A DNA stretch of 64,000 nucleotides from contig OZ241867.1 of NCBI GenBank assembly GCA_965203175.1, positions 1,152,001 through 1,216,000 of the forward strand, written 5' to 3'. The number at the start of each line of letters is the position of its first letter. The first letter of the stretch is position 1. A model generated the notes under the pieces. It was given only the letters and a program-made list of their open reading frames with translations. It ran no database searches and was not told the origin of the DNA. The position numbers and the translations under genes were made by a program. Below, in pieces: positions 56,761-64,000 of the stretch. The DNA comes from Candidatus Latescibacterota bacterium (GTDB taxonomy: Bacteria > Latescibacterota > UBA2968 > UBA8231).

Positions 56761-56854
56761 GGGTAGTCAACCCCAAAGGGCCGGTGAAGCTCGACTTGTT
56801 TTCGTATAATATACTTTGTCCGTTACACAGAACGCACCCTCTACTATAAAAATT

Positions 56855-57484
56855 ATGGAAATAGACCTTAATCACCGATTCAAAGACGTCAACTACATCG
56901 AATCGCCCAACCAAGGCGGCCCCTTTGCCCCAGGGCAGCCGGACACCATCGTCATCCACTATACGGCTGGAGCCAACGCCGAGTCGGCCATTCACACCCT
57001 CTGCGACCGAGAGCGCAAGGTCTCGGCCCACTTGGTCGTCGGTCGCGACGGTGTCGTGACTCAGCTTTTGCCCTTTAACATCGTCGGCTGGCACGCCGGC
57101 CGCAGCCTGTGGCGAGAGCGCACGAGCCTCAACCAGTACTCCATCGGCATCGAGCTCGACAACGCAGGCCAGCTCTCGGAGCGGGATGGCCGCTACGAGT
57201 CGTGGTTCGGGCAGACGTATCCAGCCTCAGAGGTCGTGCGCGGCGCACACCGCAACCAGAGCTTGTCCGGTGCCCATCCGCAAATACGTCAGCCTGTTTG
57301 CTTTTGGCATCGCTATGCGGAAGTGCAATTCGAAGTCGTCGAGACCATTTGCGCCGCGCTGATTGCGGCCTATGGGATATACCACATCCTCGGCCACGAG
57401 GAGATCGCCCCCGACCGCAAGGTCGATCCCGGCCCGGCCTTTCCGCTCGACGAAATGCGCGACCGGCTTTTAACCATCGCCTAG
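56855..57484 (+). CDS. N-acetylmuramoyl-L-alanine amidase (Amidase_2, AmpD-like)
   Basis: SPN, IVIHYT, SAH, WHAG.S, SIGIE, GHEEIAP.RK.DPG; TATAAT at 56805. Confidence 0.9.
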   Translation: MEIDLNHRFKDVNYIESPNQGGPFAPGQPDTIVIHYTAGANAESAIHTLCDRERKVSAHLVVGRDGVVTQLLPFNIVGWHAGRSLWRERTSLNQYSIGIELDNAGQLSERDGRYESWFGQTYPASEVVRGAHRNQSLSGAHPQIRQPVCFWHRYAEVQFEVVETICAALIAAYGIYHILGHEEIAPDRKVDPGPAFPLDEMRDRLLTIA

Positions 57485-57505
57485 CGCGCAGGAGGCGCGA
57501 AACCT

Positions 57506-58486
57506 TTGGCAGCACAAGCACCCGCCATTGATGTCCGCGAATTGAGCAAGACCTATGCGGTCCCCGTGCGCGAGGGCGGCTTGGCCGCGGCGCTCAAAAG
57601 CCTCGTGCAGCGCCAGACGCGCCACGTCGAGGCGGTTAAGCAGATCAGCTTTGCGGTCGCTCCCGGTGAAATCGTCGGCTTTTTAGGGCCGAATGGCGCG
57701 GGCAAGACCACCAGCCTCAAGATGCTTTCGGGCCTCCTGCACCCTTCCGGTGGGCAAGGTCGCGTCCTCGGTTTTGAGCCGTTCAAGCGGCAGCGCGATT
57801 TCCTCCGCCAGATCACCTTGGTGATGGGCAATCGCAACCAGTTGCTGTGGGATATCCCCGTAATCGACTCCTTTGAGCGCAACCGGGCCATTTACCGCCT
57901 AGAGCGGAGTGCATACCGGCAAACGGTCGAAGAGTTGACCGCGCTGCTCGACTTAGACGCCCTCCTCGACAAGCCCGTGCGCAACCTCTCCTTGGGCGAG
58001 CGCATGAAGTGCGAAATTGCCGCCGCGCTTTTGCACAAGCCGCAAGTCCTCTTCCTCGACGAGCCGACCATCGGCCTCGACGTGACCATGCAGCGGCGGA
58101 TTCGCGCGTTTTTAACCGAGTACAATCAGCGCTACGGCGCCACCGTGCTCCTCACCAGTCACTACATGGCCGACGTCGAGGCGCTGTGTAAACGGGTGGT
58201 GGTCATCCACCACGGGCTGCTGCTCTTCGATGGCCAGCTCACCGAGCTTGTGCAGCGCTTCTCACCGCACAAGACGATCATCGTCGAACTGGAAAACGGG
58301 CACGGCGACCTCGGCAATTATGGAGAGATCGTCGCCAGTAGCGAAGGGCGTGTATCGCTGCGAGTGCCCAAGGCGGAGACAGCGCAGGTGACCGGGCGGC
58401 TCCTCAGCGAGCAACCCGTCCTCGATCTGACGGTGGAGGACCCGCCGATTGAGGACGTGATCGAAGAGGTCTTTGAACGCGCATGA
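57506..58486 (+). CDS. ABC transporter ATP-binding protein (ABC-2 type)
   Basis: GPNGAGKT, LSLGERM, LFLDEPT, SH. Confidence 0.92.
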   Translation: MAAQAPAIDVRELSKTYAVPVREGGLAAALKSLVQRQTRHVEAVKQISFAVAPGEIVGFLGPNGAGKTTSLKMLSGLLHPSGGQGRVLGFEPFKRQRDFLRQITLVMGNRNQLLWDIPVIDSFERNRAIYRLERSAYRQTVEELTALLDLDALLDKPVRNLSLGERMKCEIAAALLHKPQVLFLDEPTIGLDVTMQRRIRAFLTEYNQRYGATVLLTSHYMADVEALCKRVVVIHHGLLLFDGQLTELVQRFSPHKTIIVELENGHGDLGNYGEIVASSEGRVSLRVPKAETAQVTGRLLSEQPVLDLTVEDPPIEDVIEEVFERA

Positions 58487-59286
58487 GGGGGCTAGCCGAC
58501 ATCTACACCACGCTCTTTCGCACCGATCTAGCCGTGCAGTTCCAGTACCGGGCGGCGATGGTGATCTGGCTGATCGGGCGCATCGTCGATACGCTGGTCT
58601 TCCTTTCGGTGTGGACCGCAGTGGCTCGCTCCCAAGGCGGGCAGGTGGGGGATTTCTCCAGCGGGGACTTCGCCGCCTACTACATCATCATGATGATGAT
58701 GGGGCACCTGACTTTCACTTGGTTCATGTTCGAGTTTGAATATCGGGTGCGGTCGGGAGCCTTCTCGCCACTCCTGCTCCAGCCCCTGCACCCGATCCAC
58801 CGCGACATCGCCACGAATATCTCCTACAAGTTCCTGACTTTGGTGGTCATGCTGCCGACGGTGGGTCTAATGGTCTGGATCTTCGATCCGGTCTTCAACC
58901 CGCCGGCTTGGGCCATTTGGGCCGCGATACCCGTCGTTCTGCTGGCGTTCCTGATGCGCTTTTTCGTCGAGTGGGCACTGGCTTTAGTGGCCCTGTGGAC
59001 CACGCGCACGGCCGCGGCCAACCAACTCTACTTTGCGGCCTCGCTTTTCTTTTCGGGCCAGATGGCACCGCTGTCGCTTTTACCCGAGTGGCTCCAGACC
59101 GTGGCCGCGATTTTGCCCTTCCGCTGGATGCTGGCCTTTCCCACCGAACTCCTACTCGGCCGACTCACGCCCACCGAGGTCGTCTGGGGCGCAGCAACGC
59201 AGGTGGCGTGGCTAGGGCTGAGCTGGGTGATTTTGTCCGCGGTCTGGTCGCGCGGCGTGCGCAGATACTCGGCGGTTGGCTCGTGA
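58483..59286 (+). CDS. ABC-2 family permease (DUF990-like)
   Basis: About 6 TM helices; QYRA, G..SP.LL.P, FSG..APL, PF...FP; ATGA overlap. Confidence 0.85.
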   Translation: MRGLADIYTTLFRTDLAVQFQYRAAMVIWLIGRIVDTLVFLSVWTAVARSQGGQVGDFSSGDFAAYYIIMMMMGHLTFTWFMFEFEYRVRSGAFSPLLLQPLHPIHRDIATNISYKFLTLVVMLPTVGLMVWIFDPVFNPPAWAIWAAIPVVLLAFLMRFFVEWALALVALWTTRTAAANQLYFAASLFFSGQMAPLSLLPEWLQTVAAILPFRWMLAFPTELLLGRLTPTEVVWGAATQVAWLGLSWVILSAVWSRGVRRYSAVGS

Positions 59287-60068
59287 ACTATTTGCGGCTC
59301 CTGTGGATCTTCCTGCGCATCGGCGCGATGAACGAACTGGCGTACCAAGCCAACTTCTGGGTGCAGCTAGTACAGAGCTTGCTCAATCTGGGCGTTGCGC
59401 TAGCGGGTTTGGCGGTGATTTTCTCGCATACCGAGGAGCTGGGCGGCTGGCAGCCGGCCGAGCTGGTAGCGCTCTTGGGGGTTTTCTTCCTGATGAGCGG
59501 CCTGATTGGCGCGCTGATCCAGCCGTCAATGCAGCGCTTTATGGAGGACATCCGCCTAGGCACGCTGGACTTTACCCTCACCAAGCCGGAGGATGCACAA
59601 GTGCTAGTGAGTGTCGGCGAGGTGCGGATTTGGAAGTTCTTGGACGTAGTGCAGGGAATGGCACTGATCGCAGTGGCCCTAGTCGAAATCGGGATGCGGA
59701 CGGGCCTTGCACACGCAGCGGGATTTGCCTTGACGCTTGCGGCTGGCGCGGCAATCGTCTACAGTTTTTGGCTAGTGCTAGCAACGACTGCGTTCTGGTT
59801 TATCAGAGCGGAGAACATCCTCGTCATCTTCCAGGCCGTTTACAGCGCTGGCAAGTATCCGGTGGCCATCTACCCGCGCTGGCTCAAGCTGGCGATGACC
59901 TTTCTGGTGCCCGTGGCCTTTGCGGTGACCGTGCCGTCGGAAGCCTTGGTGGGGCGGTTGTCGTCGGAAGTGCTGTGGGGCGCGTTGGCGATGGCGGGGG
60001 GAATGCTGGTGGGAGCACGGGCTTTTTGGTTGTGGGGGGTGCGACACTATTCAGGAGCGTCGGCCTAG
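59283..60068 (+). CDS. ABC-2 family permease (DUF990-like, second subunit)
   Basis: GTG 59283 overlapping the upstream stop; GTLDFTLTKP, KYPVAIYP, YSGASA end. Confidence 0.85.
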   Translation: MNYLRLLWIFLRIGAMNELAYQANFWVQLVQSLLNLGVALAGLAVIFSHTEELGGWQPAELVALLGVFFLMSGLIGALIQPSMQRFMEDIRLGTLDFTLTKPEDAQVLVSVGEVRIWKFLDVVQGMALIAVALVEIGMRTGLAHAAGFALTLAAGAAIVYSFWLVLATTAFWFIRAENILVIFQAVYSAGKYPVAIYPRWLKLAMTFLVPVAFAVTVPSEALVGRLSSEVLWGALAMAGGMLVGARAFWLWGVRHYSGASA

Positions 60069-60110
60069 CGATAGTCCATTTTGCCATTTTCTAAGAAAGG
60101 GACAACGGAC

Positions 60111-61127
60111 ATGAGTGACGGACAAAGCGGCATGCACGTCGGAGTGCAGGGGATCGGCACCTCAAAGATGGAATTGGAGTTTCTGGTGCGACACGGGGTG
60201 ACGCACATGGATGCCTCCGTTGAGGACAACGAGGTCGAGACCTTAGTGCGGCACAAGGAAGAAGCGGCCGCCTACGGGGTGAGTATGGAGGCGATCCACA
60301 TCGGCGTGCCCAAAAGCATCACGCTGGCGCAAGACCCGCAGCGAGACCGGGACCTCGACGAGGTCTGCCGCTGGATCGAAAACGCGGGCAAGGCCGGGCT
60401 GCGGGCCTTGCTCTACAACTTCTGCATCCTGCCGCACCAGCGCACCGAGCCCACGCCTGGGCGTGGGGGCGTGACGTATAGCTCATTTGATCTCTCGAAA
60501 TTCGACAACGAAACGCTGAGCGAAGCGGGCGTGGTCAGCCGCGAAGAAGCGTTTGCGCGGGCGGCCTATTGGCTGGAGCGCGTGATTCCGGTAGCCGAGG
60601 CAAACAAGGTGCAGATGGCTTGCCATCTCAACGACCCGCCAGCTCCGGTCCTGCGCGGCGTCGAGCGCTGGAACTGGCCGGTAATGGAGGGACTCAAACG
60701 CTTTTCCGAACTGGTCGATAGCCCGTATCACGGCTTTAACTTTTGCTGTGGTGTGGCATCCGAAGGCTTGGAAAATCCGGCCGAGGAACTCTGCGACATC
60801 GTGCGCTACTTCGGCGAGCGGGGGAAGCTCTTCAACATCCACTACCGCAACATCAAGGGCGGGCTGCACAATTTCCAGGAAGTCTGGCCCGACGAAGGCG
60901 ATGTGGACATGCACGAGGTGGCGCGCACCCTGAGGGACGTAGGCTATCAGTACATGTTGATGCCCGACCACGCGCCGTCCCATCCCGACGACAAGGCTCC
61001 CGAGGGCGTTTCGGGCCGGGTACGCCAAGCTTGGGCCTTTCAGTTCGGGTATATCATCGCCATGATCCAAGCGGTGAATAAAGAGCGGTCCGGCCTCAGC
61101 ATTGGGGCCGCAGCGCAAACTGCCTAG
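60111..61127 (+). CDS. uxuA: Mannonate dehydratase family protein
   Basis: YNF, PVAE...V.MACH..DPP, NFCCG, IHYRN, F.E.WPDEGDVDM, MPDHAP, GYI.A. Confidence 0.8.
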   Translation: MSDGQSGMHVGVQGIGTSKMELEFLVRHGVTHMDASVEDNEVETLVRHKEEAAAYGVSMEAIHIGVPKSITLAQDPQRDRDLDEVCRWIENAGKAGLRALLYNFCILPHQRTEPTPGRGGVTYSSFDLSKFDNETLSEAGVVSREEAFARAAYWLERVIPVAEANKVQMACHLNDPPAPVLRGVERWNWPVMEGLKRFSELVDSPYHGFNFCCGVASEGLENPAEELCDIVRYFGERGKLFNIHYRNIKGGLHNFQEVWPDEGDVDMHEVARTLRDVGYQYMLMPDHAPSHPDDKAPEGVSGRVRQAWAFQFGYIIAMIQAVNKERSGLSIGAAAQTA

Positions 61128-61144
61128 AAACGGAAAACTGTGGC

Positions 61145-62044
61145 ATGTCGATCCATTGGCTGAGGGCAGTACTATTGCTGGTCCTGCTCAGCTCGTTTAG
61201 CGGAGCTCAGTCCCGAGCAGAACAGGCGTTGAGGCGGGACTTGCAGGCGTTGGAGGATGTCGTCTCTCTGGTGGGATTGGCCAGTGGAGCGGCCCTGCTG
61301 GTCTCGCTGGGGCTGCTCGTTGCGCGGTGGCGGATGGGGACGGTGCGGGCGCGGCGCTTTGTCTTGCGCGGCGACGGGGGCCAACCAATCGCTCAATTGG
61401 TGCAAGGCCCCAATGGCGGCGAGCTGGAGTTGAGGGATGACAATGGTGAAATCACCGCGGTGCTGAGCCGTGGACTTAAGTTGTGCGACCGATCAGGACA
61501 GGTGCGGGCCGACTTGCGGCTGGAGAACGATAAGGCCCCGCTGCTGGAGCTCTACGATGAGCGAGGCGAAGTGCGGGCGAGCCTTTCGTTGAGTGAAGAC
61601 GGGGCCGGCAGTTTGGCCTTTTACGACGAGACTGGACAGCCTCGCGCCGGCCTAGGTAGCGGCCACGCCGGCGCAATGCGGCTGAGTTTTTTCGACGCCC
61701 AAGGACGATTGCGGCAGCAAAGCGGCATCGAAGACGAAGAAGAGCCTTCGTTCAAGCTCTACGATGCCCAAGGCGAGGTGCGCGGCTCTTTGAGCGTGCG
61801 GGCCAATGGCATGACCTTGCTCGAAATGCGCGACCAAGACGGCCACACGCGCACCATCGTCGGAGTGATGGAAGAGGGGATCGCTTGGCTTGGGGTTCTC
61901 GATGGAGAACAGCGTTTCCGCGCAGGATTAGGCGTGCCGACCGGCGGCAATCCTCGACTGGACTTCTACGACGAAGAAGGGGAGACGCAGGCCTCTCTGC
62001 ACATCGACGACCAAGGCCGCTTTAAGACCGATCCGGACTCTTAG
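61145..62044 (+). CDS. Membrane-anchored hypothetical protein with ~23-aa beta-repeats
   Basis: Signal peptide plus TM helix, then repeats of L.lYD..G..RA.L. Confidence 0.6.
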   Translation: MSIHWLRAVLLLVLLSSFSGAQSRAEQALRRDLQALEDVVSLVGLASGAALLVSLGLLVARWRMGTVRARRFVLRGDGGQPIAQLVQGPNGGELELRDDNGEITAVLSRGLKLCDRSGQVRADLRLENDKAPLLELYDERGEVRASLSLSEDGAGSLAFYDETGQPRAGLGSGHAGAMRLSFFDAQGRLRQQSGIEDEEEPSFKLYDAQGEVRGSLSVRANGMTLLEMRDQDGHTRTIVGVMEEGIAWLGVLDGEQRFRAGLGVPTGGNPRLDFYDEEGETQASLHIDDQGRFKTDPDS

Positions 62045-62103
62045 CTCTGAGAGAACGACAACCGGCATAGATCTCTGGAGTGCGGAGGCTGGCTAAGAAA
62101 CGT

Positions 62104-62538
62104 TCACAACTCGTCGTAACGCGGCACCTGATCGATGAAGCCGCGATCGGTGACATAGCAGTAGTGGACCAAGCCATTGGTGACCAAAAGACAGCGGGCC
62201 TGAACCACGCGGTTGTACGCGGCAATCTGGTCGAAGGTCTGCTGGCTAATGGAAACGTCCGGCTCTTTGCACTCGGCCATTAGCACGGCACGGCCCGCGC
62301 GGTCGTGGACGACGACATCGACGCGAAACCGCTTGCCGTGGAGATCGATGCCTTTCTCAATGGCGATCAACCCGCGCGGGTAGCCCAAGTCCGATATTAG
62401 ATATTGCACCAAGTGTTGCCGCACCCACTCCTCGGGCGTCAATCGCACGTACTTGCGGCGCAAAGGGTCGAGTATCTCGCGCTTGCCTTCGACTAGGCGA
62501 ATGTCAAAAGCCGCGGCCGGGAGGTTGAGGAGCTGCAT
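62104..62538 (-). CDS. Stand-alone type I restriction HsdR N-terminal-like domain protein (HSDR_N_2)
   Basis: LTPEEWVRQ, D...ECK (PD-(D/E)xK), Q...YN, TNG. Confidence 0.8.
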   Translation of the reverse strand: MQLLNLPAAAFDIRLVEGKREILDPLRRKYVRLTPEEWVRQHLVQYLISDLGYPRGLIAIEKGIDLHGKRFRVDVVVHDRAGRAVLMAECKEPDVSISQQTFDQIAAYNRVVQARCLLVTNGLVHYCYVTDRGFIDQVPRYDEL

Positions 62539-62539
62539 A

Positions 62540-64000
62540 TTATTTGAGCAACAGCATCTTGCGGACTAATGAGGCGGTGTCCTTCTGTACGCGTGCTAAA
62601 TAAACGCCTGTGGCCACGGGTTTCCCGCTGGCGTCCGTCCCATCCCATTCAACTTGGTAAACGCCCGGCCCTACATAGCCGTCGGCGAGCGTCTTCACCT
62701 TCTGGCCCTGTACGTCGAAAATTTCCAAGCGCACCCGTCCCGGCTCTTGGATGCGGTAGCGGATGGTGGTGGCGCTATTGAACGGGTTGGGATAGTTCGG
62801 GTCTAGGGAAAATTCTCGCGGTACAGCGATTCGGTCGTCCTCTTCCCGCACCGCCGTGACACTTCCAGAGTACTGGGCGGCGACCAAGCGGATTTCGTCG
62901 AGGTAGAAGGTTCCGCGCAGGCTGCCGATTAAGCGCAGCGACTCAATGGGGCCGTCGAGGGCCAGCTCGTCCAAGTTGATCTCGACGGTCTGCCACTGGT
63001 CCAAGTCCAGATCAACTTGGTCAATGAGGCTCAGCGGGCGGGCAGTCTCGCCGTTGACGACAAGGCCAAAGGAGGGCCGGAAGCCGCCGGTGGCCGTGCC
63101 CGGATGCAGGGCCATGCGCAGCCCGACGTAGCCGACTTGAGCGACCGGCGCACGGGGTAGGAACTCAATGGTAAAACCTCGGGCCTCCACCCGCAGTGCC
63201 CGCTGGCCGGCGAAGACGGTATCGGCATGGGTCGGGTCGAGTTGTGCGCTGTAGAGCGCGCCTTGATCCCAAGCGAGCTCGTCGGCAAAGAGGATTTGAT
63301 CCTCTTTGGGCAGCACGACGATGGAATGCACCAGTTTGGTCGCCTCGTCGCCTTGGGCGAGATGCACCACCAGTTTTTTGCGGCCGTTGTGCTCTCCAGT
63401 CGAGAGATCCGCTTCAAGGCGATAGGTATGGTCGTCTATCACTTGCAGGGGCAGGGCCTCGGGACCTTTCAACGCACTCAGATCAGCCGTGAGCTGGGCT
63501 GGTTCTGTGCCCTCCAACTGCCGCCGGAGGCGAATCGTCGAACGCAAAGGCAACGCTGCGCCAGCGAGCAAGGTATCGGGGAGCGGATTTTCCCACATGC
63601 CTTGGAGGGGGCTGGCTTCGATGCGAAAGATCGCCTGCGTGAAGCGATCGCTCGTCAGGTAGAGAACGCCCTGTTCGTCGGTGATCAGCCCGACCGGCGT
63701 CCCCCAGAAGGAATTGCTGTTGGGGTCAGGGCGAAAACCGGTGAGAAAGTCGGCGACGCGAGCGTTGGACCCATCCGGCTCGGCAAAGAGCGCCATGACC
63801 TTGTAGCCGAGATCGTTGCCCAAGACACCCGCGCGGAAGGCGACAAACGCGGCGTGTTTGTACTGGGGCGGGAACTGGTCGTACTTGTAGAAATGCAAAC
63901 CCATCGGTGCCAAGTGGGCGGGGACGAGAGCCGCCGGACGCTCCATGCTGGCAACCAATAGCGAGTCAGCATCGGTCAGCGGGAAAATCGCTCGACGGTA
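62540..64000 (-). CDS. Glucose/sorbosone dehydrogenase-like beta-propeller protein with T9SS type-A-like/FlgD C-terminal domain (5' truncated by the window edge)
   Basis: AHLAPMGLHFY, GYKV, GTPVG...G.LY.TSD; tail TAVRE...NYPNPFNS...WDGTD.SG..VATGVY. The frame stays open to position 64000. Confidence 0.75.
   Translation of the reverse strand, partial: YRRAIFPLTDADSLLVASMERPAALVPAHLAPMGLHFYKYDQFPPQYKHAAFVAFRAGVLGNDLGYKVMALFAEPDGSNARVADFLTGFRPDPNSNSFWGTPVGLITDEQGVLYLTSDRFTQAIFRIEASPLQGMWENPLPDTLLAGAALPLRSTIRLRRQLEGTEPAQLTADLSALKGPEALPLQVIDDHTYRLEADLSTGEHNGRKKLVVHLAQGDEATKLVHSIVVLPKEDQILFADELAWDQGALYSAQLDPTHADTVFAGQRALRVEARGFTIEFLPRAPVAQVGYVGLRMALHPGTATGGFRPSFGLVVNGETARPLSLIDQVDLDLDQWQTVEINLDELALDGPIESLRLIGSLRGTFYLDEIRLVAAQYSGSVTAVREEDDRIAVPREFSLDPNYPNPFNSATTIRYRIQEPGRVRLEIFDVQGQKVKTLADGYVGPGVYQVEWDGTDASGKPVATGVYLARVQKDTASLVRKMLLLK

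Noticed and set aside
58908-59282. Long N-terminal extensions in the ORF track (also at 2461, 12088, 24110, 35147, 45060, 48478, 53175)
   Set aside because: They overlap neighbouring genes or promoters. Downstream starts have RBSs, signal peptides or stop-start coupling.
62104-62538. Possible restriction-modification/defence system
   Set aside because: Only a stand-alone HsdR-N-like domain. No methyltransferase, specificity subunit or helicase is nearby, and such orphans are common in FCB bacteria.
1-64000. rRNA/tRNA genes, IS elements, prophage, integron, recoded stop codons
   Set aside because: No such signatures seen. Intergenic gaps are short and ORFs read as full-length under the standard bacterial code.

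Overview
High-GC bacterial chromosome segment with about 46 tightly packed CDSs. I see no rRNA, tRNA, CRISPR array, transposase or integrase. The gene content is typical of FCB-group candidate phyla such as Ca. Latescibacterota and may come from a host-associated marine lineage (inference only). The markers are ASPIC/UnbV-CRTAC1 proteins, FlgD-Ig/T9SS-like C-terminal domains, a 'TAVEATSW' tail, sulfatases, Fe/2OG dioxygenases and ankyrin fusions. The most notable region is the co-oriented 2.5-34.5 kb block. It holds CRTAC1-TPR-CRTAC1, a PPIase lipoprotein, three paralogous secreted proteins ending in an 'F(T/S)PNGDG..D...VVY' type tail, two paralogous ~890-aa putative outer-membrane proteins, a GT-C/TPR glycosyltransferase-like protein, a 'TAVE'-tail protein, and then sugar-acid catabolism and uptake genes. 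This looks like an undescribed surface export/uptake locus. Other highlights: a promoter+RBS+signal-peptide cassette shared by two different secreted-protein genes 29 kb apart; tandem PQQ-dehydrogenase-ankyrin fusions; an unlisted 45-aa ORF translationally coupled to the SCO gene; and an apparent excess of CTAG. All family calls come from motif recognition by eye, with no database searches.
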